A DNA stretch of 63,659 nt, the filler included, from Octopus bimaculoides (Eukaryota): assembly GCF_001194135.2 (NCBI RefSeq). It is 4 parts of 4 records of this genome, joined end to end, with 100 filler letters (N's around TTAATTAATTAA, not from the genome) between each part and the next. Parts side by side here need not be neighbours in the genome. Positions count along the whole stretch, not along the records: positions 27,788 to 57,272 come from NC_068998.1; positions 57,373 to 61,313 come from NW_026363183.1; positions 61,414 to 63,659 come from NC_068994.1; 1 more part is not named here. One strand, written 5' to 3'. Made by a program: the position numbers and the translations under genes. Shown piece by piece: positions 54,630 to 63,659 of the stretch; position 1 is the stretch's first letter; every line of letters starts with the position of its first letter. A model generated the notes under the pieces. The model did no database searches, was not told the DNA's origin, and saw nothing but the letters and a program-made list of their open reading frames with translations.

Positions 54630-54757
54630 GTAGACATGGTGTTTATGTCACTTGTTAGTGATCGAAAAGTTGTCCAGTTAGCACGAGACTTTCTTGAAAA
54701 GAAAGGAAAATCTATAAAGATTGTATCAAAAATTGAAAACTACAAAGGAGTAAAGAA
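54630..54757 (+). CDS. PKM-like: Pyruvate kinase-like gene, coding exon 6 (gene continues; later exons not seen)
   Basis: tttccAG|...AA|GTATGT. VDMVFMSLVSDRKVVQLARDFLEKKGKSIKIVSKIENYKGVK vs VDMVFASFIRK...GEKGKNIKIISKIENHEGVR. Phase 0 to 2. Confidence 0.92.
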
Positions 54758-55330
54758 GTATGTGGTCTCCCTTTTTTTCCAGTACTGATGAAAGAGGTCT
54801 ATTGTGATTGTTGATATTTTTAAACAGAGGTTCTTATTAATAAATAGAAATACATAGGTGGGGTAGGATAAGCTAGAATAAGTGTAGATTGTGATCTTCT
54901 TTAATATAAAGTCCAAATGAAAGAAATACTGTAGGAGCAAACTTGATCAAAGGCATTCCAACTGCAGCCAACATGGCTTTTAAAGCTATGTAGGACTACA
55001 ATAACTGTGATATTTAAGAGGGTTAAGTGTAATGTGAAGGGTTTTTGGCTGTTATTTCTCCCAGACTGAGCAACTGTATAGACATTCTCTCATTAACTTG
55101 GATATATGTTGTTTTTTTTAGTTTAAAATTCATTATAGTTTATGACAGGCATATTTTGGACCTTTTGGGGGCAAAATTTTGAGCAAACTTATGCTAGTAA
55201 GGTGTTTAATTATTTCTCTAACATATATATTGTGTGGTTTAACATGAGATAGCTATGTTCAGTTCAGGAGAGTATTTACTGTTAGACTTGTGATTGGTGA
55301 TCACAGTCTGTTCTTGTAAATGAATTAAGT

Positions 55331-55538
55331 TCTTTTTAAATAGTTCTAATCTATCGAATGCATGTGGTGGGGATTTCTCCACCTGTATACTGGCAAGTGA
55401 GAAGAAAACACACAGCCTTAACTGAAAGAAGGAGCTCATTCTTTCAGTTAAGGCTGTGTGTTTTCTTCTCACTTGCCAGTATACAGGTGGAGAAATCCCC
55501 ACCACATGCATTCGATAGATTAGAACTATTTAAAAAGA
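55331..55538. repeat. 208-bp near-perfect palindrome
   Basis: 104-bp arms with no spacer, centred in GAG|CTC (55434/55435), and one mismatch (55431 G vs 55438 A). The ORF track shows the same peptide on both strands. Confidence 0.97.
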
Positions 55539-56700
55539 CATGGCCTTTCCATAACTATCAAGAGAGATAATAATTGAATTAATTTTTTAGATGTTAATTT
55601 TTATTTATCAACCAGATTACATGAACCCTTCAAAAACCTAATTCAAGTCTAAGCTATATCAACTTCCAAAGTAATCATCCTAGATCAATTAAAAATGCAT
55701 TAGCCAATAATATTAGTAAAAGACTAACCTATTTATCTTCCAATGAAGAAATATTTAATAAACATGCAAACCACTACAATATAGCCTTAGCAAGCGCCAG
55801 ATATAGAAATAAAATAGAATTCTGCCAACCTAGTAGCATTAATAAAGATAACATAACTAATTATAAGCAAAAAAAAAACTGGTAAACTTTATAATCCCAC
55901 TATAAATAATAATATACTTAAAAATAAACACATAACTAGTAACCAAAATACATATAAACAAGAAATTGATAATGAAAAAAAGAACATAAGATCACTTTAA
56001 ATCAAAATAATGATACTAAGCATGATAATAGAACAACCAATACTAAGTTATCTCACAAACCAAAGAAAATTAAAAACCAACCATTTTACAATTATAATGA
56101 TCGCTACAATGATAATAACATAATAATAAAAATCATGCACATTGTCATTCCATTAACTATAGAAAATCTCAAACAGATTATAATATACCTATAAATATGA
56201 ATCACCCTGATAAATCTAATAAAATATGGTTTATTATTCCAGACACTATGCAAATTAAAAATAACACTGTTAAATTTATATTCAAAGCCATCCATAATCA
56301 CTTTAACAATGATAATAGACACAATGAAATAATTAACCACAAAACTTTTAATATTGGTTTTAGCCTAACTCCTAACTTATTTACCATTATATCATCTATC
56401 AAGAAGAAATTAAATAAATTCTATGCTAATAGAAACACCAATAATAATAATCCTAATAACTCCCCTGAACTTAAAATACATCTCCCAAATTCTAATAACC
56501 CTAATAATTGCTGACATATAAATCCCAATAATGGAACCTCAACAACTAATACTAACACAACCAATATATATTCCTCATCTGATATAGCCACACATAACGA
56601 CATTTATGAAAACTGCAATTGTAGAGTTAAAAATAATTTATAGTTGTAATACTTATTTAACTTAAATCTATTAAAAGAAGAAATAATGTTACCAACATTA
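55510..56700 (+). mobile_element. Penelope-like element relic (RT thumb and linker)
   Basis: Reads LFKK-HGLSITI, INFLDV, YINFQSNHPRSI, RLTYLSSNEEIFNK, KIWF...INHKTFNIGFS..PNLFTIISS and NCNCRVKN. Confidence 0.75.
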
Positions 56701-56886
56701 TTAGTAGTAGAATAACCTACTCCCAAATTATTACTAGAAAAAATATTATTATAGTTTTTATTATCTCTAAGGAATATATCAATTATATTTAAATCTCTTT
56801 AATAATGTTAGTTTTAACTTGAACGCCGTAAGGAATGATTAGCCAAAGTTTGTCCTTATTATTGATATTATTATATTTATTATTTA

Positions 56887-57272
56887 TACTAGCAGAAATA
56901 CCCGGCTTTGCCCGGGTTGAAGAGAATAATGAAATCTAAAAACGCCGTCTAGACTACGCAACCCTCAACCATATTTCTACATTAATAACTCTCCAATCCA
57001 TGCCAGAATGGAACATAGACATTAAGTGGAATGCCAGTCTCTCATCTAGGAGGGCCTTGAAATCAATGTTACCAACTGGGGACTATGTGTGTCGTAGTGA
57101 TAATAAAAAGACCCAAAGGAGGTCTGCAACGAAATAATTTTACTCAACACTTTGCAAGTGAATCACTGGAGGCAAAGATGCGTCTCATTTACTTGACAAT
57201 TTATGCACCACATTGCAGAAATCACAATGAAAGTATATCTGAAAGGGTAGTCTTACACTGTTGTACCGTTGA
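56887..57272 (+). mobile_element. Helitron-like 5' fragment
   Basis: ACTAGCAGAAATACCCGGCTTTGCCCGGG terminal hairpin motif, and PHC...E...LHCC resembling the Rep N-terminal Cys cluster. Ends in a gap. Confidence 0.45.
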
Positions 57273-57503
57273 NNNNNNNNNNNNNNNNNNNNNNNNNNNN
57301 NNNNNNNNNNNNNNNNTTAATTAATTAANNNNNNNNNNNNNNNNNNNNNNNNNNNNNNNNNNNNNNNNNNNNATGTATGTATGTATGTGTGTGTGTATTA
57401 TGTATGCGTGTATACATTTTTGTAAGTACCAAGTTTTTGAAAACTTATAATACCGCGAGCGATTTGCCGTAGCCTAATGACTAAAGCAAGTATGTAAATA
57501 GTA

Positions 57504-57579
<76 letters not shown>

Positions 57580-57761
57580 ACATATATATGCATACATATA
57601 CATGGTCACATAATATATATAGATGCATGCACATATTTGTGCACCCGTATACCTATGATAACTGCGTCTTTCTGTCTGTCTGTCTGTCTACTTCTCTGCT
57701 TCTCTCACTCTCTCTCTATATATATATACATATATATACATACACACACACATATATATAT

Positions 57762-57800
<39 letters not shown>

Positions 57801-58490
57801 NNNNNNNNNNNNNNNNNNNNNNNNNNNNNNNNNNNNNNNNNNNNNNNNNNNNNNNNNNNNNNNNNNNNNNNNNNNNNNNNNNNNNNNNNNNNNNNNNNNN
57901 NNNNNNNNNNNNNNNNNNNNNNNNNNNNNNNNNNNNNNNNNNNNNNNNNNNNNNNNNNNNNNNNNNNNNNNNNNNNNNNNNNNNNNNNNNNNNNNNNNNN
58001 NNNNNNNNNNNNNNNNNNNNNNNNNNNNNNNNNNNNNNNNNNNNNNNNNNNNNNNNNNNNNNNNNNNNNNNNNNNNNNNNNNNNNNNNNNNNNNNNNNNN
58101 NNNNNNNNNNNNNNNNNNNNNNNNNNNNNNNNNNNNNNNNNNNNNNNNNNNNNNNNNNNNNNNNNNNNNNNNNNNNNNNNNNNNNNNNNNNNNNNNNNNN
58201 NNNNNNNNNNNNNNNNNNNNNNNNNNNNNNNNNNNNNNNNNNNNNNNNNNNNNNNNNNNNNNNNNNNNNNNNNNNNNNNNNNNNNNNNNNNNNNNNNNNN
58301 NNNNNNNNNNNNNNNNNNNNNNNNNNNNNNNNNNNNNNNNNNNNNNNNNNNNNNNNNNNNNNNNNNNNNNNNNNNNNNNNNNNNNNNNNNNNNNNNNNNN
58401 NNNNNNNNNNNNNNNNNNNNNNNNNNNNNNNNNNNNNNNNNNNNNNNNNNNNNNNNNNNNNNNNNNNNNNNNNNNNNNNNNNNNNNNNNN

Positions 58491-58535
<45 letters not shown>

Positions 58536-58721
58536 CACACACAGACATATACATATGTATATATAGGCATATGTAAATATATACGCATACACAAGTATAC
58601 ATGCACTCAGACGTGAGCACACTCACACCCGCATGCATACATACATTCATACATACATATTTACATACATACATACACACATACATGCATGTATCTGTGT
58701 GTATGTATATATGCATATGTA

Positions 58722-58819
<98 letters not shown>

Positions 58820-59154
58820 TATAACTATGTGTGTGTGTGTGTGCATATACATATATATATATACATATATACACACAAATGTACAGACAAACACACATAT
58901 ACATACACACATATACACACATATACATACTTAAAATCTCATAAACACTTTTTGAGAAGGGCAAAATGACGTAAAGGGTAGAAGACTAGTGTAGCTGGAT
59001 ATATATTGCTATTTCTATACTTCTATGCATAATTACATATATATATACATACACACACACACACATACACACACACACACACACTCACACACACACACAC
59101 ACACACACACNNNNNNNNNNACCCTATATTATAATTTTATATATATATATACAG

Positions 59155-59188
<34 letters not shown>

Positions 59189-60629
59189 TTATATAAATAA
59201 GGATAAGATTGATATTTAAAATATTGATTTTATCAAGTGGCCAGCATGGGAATAAAAACCATCAAAGGTAACAATTATTTAAAATTATAATATAGGGTAT
59301 CTCTTAGATACCCTATATTATAATTTTATATATATATATACAGACACACACACACACATATATATATATACAGTTATAGAAAGATAGATAGATAGATAGA
59401 TAGACATACATNNNNNNNNNNNNNNNNNNNNNNNNNNNNNNNNNNNNNNNNNNNNNNNNNNNNNNNNNNNNNNNNNNNNNNNNNNNNNNNNNNNNNNNNN
59501 NNNNNNNNNNNNNNNNNNNNNNNNNNNNNNNNNNNNNNNNNNNNNNNNNNNNNNNNNNNNNNNNNNNNNNNNNNNNNNNNNNNNNNNNNNNNNNNNNNNN
59601 NNNNNNNNNNNNNNNNNNNNNNNNNNNNNNNNNNNNNNNNNNNNNNNNNNNNNNNNNNNNNNNNNNNNNNNNNNNNNNNNNNNNNNNNNNNNNNNNNNNN
59701 NNNNNNNNNNNNNNNNNNNNNNNNNNNNNNNNNNNNNNNNNNNNNNNNNNNNNNNNNNNNNNNNNNNNNNNNNNNNNNNNNNNNNNNNNNNNNNNNNNNN
59801 NNNNNNNNNNNNNNNNNNNNNNNNNNNNNNNNNNNNNNNNNNNNNNNNNNNNNNNNNNNNNNNNNNNNNNNNNNNNNNNNNNNNNNNNNNNNNNNNNNNN
59901 NNNNNNNNNNNNNNNNNNNNNNNNNNNNNNNNNNNNNNNNNNNNNNNNNNNATAGAATAAGTACTAGGCTTACAAAGAATAAGTCCTGGGGTTGATTTGA
60001 TTCGACTAAAGGCGGTGCTCCAGCATGGCCGCAGTCAAATGACTGAAACAAGTAAAAGAGTAAAAGAGTAAAAGAGTACACACACGCACATACATACGCA
60101 CACACACACACACACACACACATGCACACACAGGCACACACACACACACACACACAGCCCCTATTCACTCATCAGCACAAACCCGCCGATACTCTTGTCT
60201 CTCCTCTTTCACTGTTTCTGACTTTCTGTCTCACTCTTTCTCTCCCCTACTTTTCTCTCCCTCGGTGTATATGTATGTGAATATACATACATACGCACAT
60301 ACATACACATACATATATATATACACATATATACACACACACAGAGACACGCAAACACACACACACATTTATGTTTATGTAAATTATATTAGATGTAGTG
60401 AGACCAAGTGAGAGTCTGACAAGTTGGTAGATCGATAGTTCGATTGATAGATACATAAATAGACAGATAGATGAACAGATATATAATTATATAAATATAT
60501 AGATAGACACAGTGGTATGTGCAAATATATATATTTATATGTATGTATGCACTTACATACGAATTCATGTAAGCACAAATATAAGTATATATGTTTATAC
60601 ATAAATTTATGTATATGTATATGTCATGC

Positions 60630-60680
<51 letters not shown>

Positions 60681-61393
60681 ACATATTTTTATGTATACAT
60701 TGTTGCATACGTAGATAAATCGTACATACATACTTACATACGTCCATATAATCACATATATACTAAGGCATACATGCACCGAGACCTACGCACATCTATA
60801 TCACTGTTGTTATGTACAATTATATATTAATATGTACATATTGAAATATATTAAGATTGCGGCGAAATGTTTAATTCGATTATGGAATTTTTAAAATTTA
60901 ATCTCAGATTTACATAATCAATTTCTAGTTTTTGAAACCAACAATGCTTTACAAATGGGAAAATTTATTTCTTGTCTTATATTATTTCTGTTTTAAAATT
61001 ATTATATTTATAGAATACATAATTATTCCTATATTGGTGCAGTTATATTACTTCTCAAAAATCTTTATTATTTTTACTTATATAAACTTCTGTAAATATA
61101 TATATATAAATATACATATCTTTCAGTATGTATGCATGTATGTAAGTGTGTATATGACTGTACACATATGCATAATATATATATGTATATATCCCAAAAT
61201 ATAAGTATACATATAAATATATAGATATATATAGGTATGCTTATATACAAAAATGCATTTGTAAGTACATATATACATACATATATATATGTGTGTGTAT
61301 ATATATATATATANNNNNNNNNNNNNNNNNNNNNNNNNNNNNNNNNNNNNNNNNNNNTTAATTAATTAANNNNNNNNNNNNNNNNNNNNNNNN

Positions 61394-61740
61394 NNNNNNN
61401 NNNNNNNNNNNNNTTTATATGCATATTTATATATGTATATATATTTATATGCATATTTATATATGTATATATATATTTATATGTATATTCATATATGTAT
61501 ATATAGCTACATATATATTTATATATGTATATATAGCTACATGTATATATATTTATATGTATAAGCTATATGTATATTTATATATGCATATATATATTTA
61601 TACATGTATCTATATTTATATGTATATTTATGTATATACCTTTATATGTATATTCATATATGCATATATTTATATATGTATTTTTATATATGCATATATA
61701 TTTATATGTATATTCATATATGCATATATATTTATATATA
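61394..61740. repeat. Degenerate AT-rich minisatellite
   Basis: Recurrent ATATGCATATTTATATATGTATAT-like units. Confidence 0.8.
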
Positions 61741-61799
61741 TATTCTTTCTTTTTTGGCATTTGGTTGGGAAAAAAGTCTGTTGACATCTGGATTTTTGT

Positions 61800-61836
<37 letters not shown>

Positions 61837-62091
61837 TGTGTCTTTGAGTGTGTCTGAGTGTGTGTTTGAAGAAATTGCGTTGATGTTTTCAGATAGATTT
61901 TTGTCACAAGGAATTGAGATTTTATTCAAACAATATATATTGGCAGGCAAATAAATCAAATTATTATTATTGCTGCTGTTGTTTTGATTATCATTATTAT
62001 TGTTGTTTTTGTGGTGATTATTATTATTTTTGTTGTTCTTGTGATTATTATTGTTATAGTTGTTATTATCATTATCATTATTATTATTAAA

Positions 62092-62545
62092 GTGGTGAGC
62101 TGGCAGAATCGTTAGCACACTGGGTGACATGCACAGAAGTATTTCATCTGATCTGTCGTTACATTCTGAGATCAATTCTGCCAAGGTTGACTATGCCTTT
62201 CATCTTTTCGGGGTCGATTAAATAAGTACCAGTTATGCACTAGGGTTAATGTAATTGATTTATTCCCTACCCCCCAAATTTCAATGCTGAATCTTCCTGA
62301 GAAGTACGTGTTTGTGGAGTGCTCAGCCAGTTTGCACGTTAATTTCATGGAGCATGGTTAGTGTTCCAGCAGTGGGGTCGACTGGAACCCTCGTTGTCGT
62401 AACTGGTAGAGGTGCCAGTTAAAGGTGGTGAGCTGGAAGAATTCCTAGCATGTAGAACAAAATGCTTAACGACATGTCTTTTGGTTCTTGACATTCTGAG
62501 TTCAAATCTGACCGAAGTCAACTTTGCCTTTTACACCTCTGGGGT
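62092..62545 (+). mobile_element. SINE cluster (family A, 3' half of family B, family A)
   Basis: Matches 9781-10000 and 14330-14445. Confidence 0.65.
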
Positions 62546-62634
62546 TGATGACAGCCTCTGTATGGCCACATGGCTTGCTAGAAATAACACCTTTACTTTC
62601 TTAAAAGAAAATGGAGATATTGGATTGCATGGTC

Positions 62635-62682
62635 CTAGACTCCGAGATATATTGTGTCCAAATGCCAGCGACCAAAAGTCAG
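62635..62682 (-). CDS. Terminal coding exon of an unrecognised minus-strand gene
   Basis: Acceptor ttgttgtttggttccaaatcAG at 62683-84 after a 73-nt intron. Phase 0: LTFGRWHLDTIYLGV*. Confidence 0.55.
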   Translation of the reverse strand: MTFGRWHLDTIYLGV

Positions 62683-62755
62683 CTGATTTGGAACCAAACA
62701 ACAACACCAAATAGGTGTTGTTTCTTCTGCCATGAAATAAATGTGTAAAGTTTAC

Positions 62756-62839
62756 CTTCTGTTTGTAGAGATCAACTGTCTCGATCTGTCTTCCATTTCG
62801 TCCCCTGTGGCGCCTCACAGCAATAGCTTCGTCTCCTCC
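62756..62839 (-). CDS. Penultimate coding exon of the same unrecognised minus-strand gene
   Basis: Acceptor ttcttttctttccttcaccAG and donor AAG|GTAAAC flank 84 nt. Only phase 0 is open: GGDEAIAVRRHRGRNGRQIETVDLYKQK. Confidence 0.6.
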
Positions 62840-62919
62840 CTGGTGAAGGAAAGAAAAGAACATAAAATTATACTGATGATGATAGTGTCAATAACAATAA
62901 AATGACGGTTTGGTGTGCA

Positions 62920-62963
<44 letters not shown>

Positions 62964-63404
62964 GATTCAGGTGAATATGGTACTTAAGCCATACCTCACC
63001 AAACATACTTCTGTGGACCTATACACACTCACACATGCTTACATAAGCACAAATACACAAATATGGTAAAGAAGGAAAGACGGATAATGTAGCACCAAAT
63101 AGTAAGAGCAATCGAAATGAATACTAATAATAATAATACTTTCAAATTATATCTCATCATCATCATCATCGTTTAACATCCGTTTTCCATGCTGGCATGG
63201 GTTGGAGGGTTTGATTGAGGACTGCCCACTATATATATATATATATATAATTTATTCTACATCATATCGGCACATCTTGGTGTGACCCCAAAATCTGCTA
63301 TTGCCAGTAGGCATCATTAGGCTGTACCCGGAATAATAAAATAGGAGCTTTTATATGAATATTCAAAACGTTTCCCATAAATGAACTTAAAGGATATATA
63401 TATT

Positions 63405-63441
<37 letters not shown>

Positions 63442-63454
63442 TCTTTACATTCAA

Positions 63455-63645
63455 ATCCAATGGAGGTCTCAAAAGATATTTTAAGATCCACAAAGAGCAG
63501 AACTTATCCGCAGCACTTGGTGGTCAAAAGTCAGAGGTGCAATCTATGTGGGTGTCTTTTCAGAACATTATCTGGTTTAAAAGGCCACATCTGATGCCAT
63601 GATGGTGCTAAGGTGTGGTCAAACTCTGCATAATGAGTAGACAAC
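63455..63645 (+). mobile_element. C2H2 zinc-finger remnant, probably a LINE (RTE-type) C-terminus
   Basis: C-x2-C-x3-F-x5-L-x2-H-x3-H (CNLCGCLFRTLSGLKGHI*CH) with an internal TGA. A second finger tail (GLKRYFKIH) is in another frame. Confidence 0.5.
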
Positions 63646-63659
63646 CACCGTATATATAT

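Noticed and set aside
61866-61954. FEEIALMFSDRFLSQGIEILFKQYILAGK* resembling PK exon 7 (FDEILEASDG...GIEIPAEKVFLAQK)
   Set aside because: It lacks ARGDL, needs two gaps, has only a GAG acceptor after a (TG)n tract and ends in a stop. The similarity is within chance for this search space.

Overview
This is AT-rich, microsatellite-dense eukaryotic draft-scaffold DNA with many N gaps; the repeat landscape suggests a coleoid cephalopod such as Octopus (inference). The one clearly recognisable host gene is a + strand pyruvate-kinase-family gene. It has six coding exons (34046-54757, 821 nt, frame open throughout), and five intron positions/phases match those I recall for vertebrate PKM. Several K+/ATP-site residues are replaced (NFSHG->VMAYG, DTKGPEIRT->DIAGPEVRL), while R73, D113, K270 and E272 are kept. 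Its 3' exons are not visible. Instead, the last two exons of an unrecognised minus-strand gene lie at 62635-62839, implying either nesting or a truncated PK. The rest is mostly transposon relics: R4/Dong, Tx1, RTE, CR1-like, CRE and Penelope-like retroelements, a full-length mariner inserted in an R4 element, deleted mariners/MITEs, pogo and Helitron fragments, and several SINE families. Other notable structures are a 208-bp near-perfect palindrome, a decayed hammerhead ribozyme and scattered exon-like signals on the minus strand at 9-27 kb. I found no CRISPR, rRNA or genuine tRNA gene. Relic boundaries are approximate and residue comparisons come from memory of the families, not from a search.
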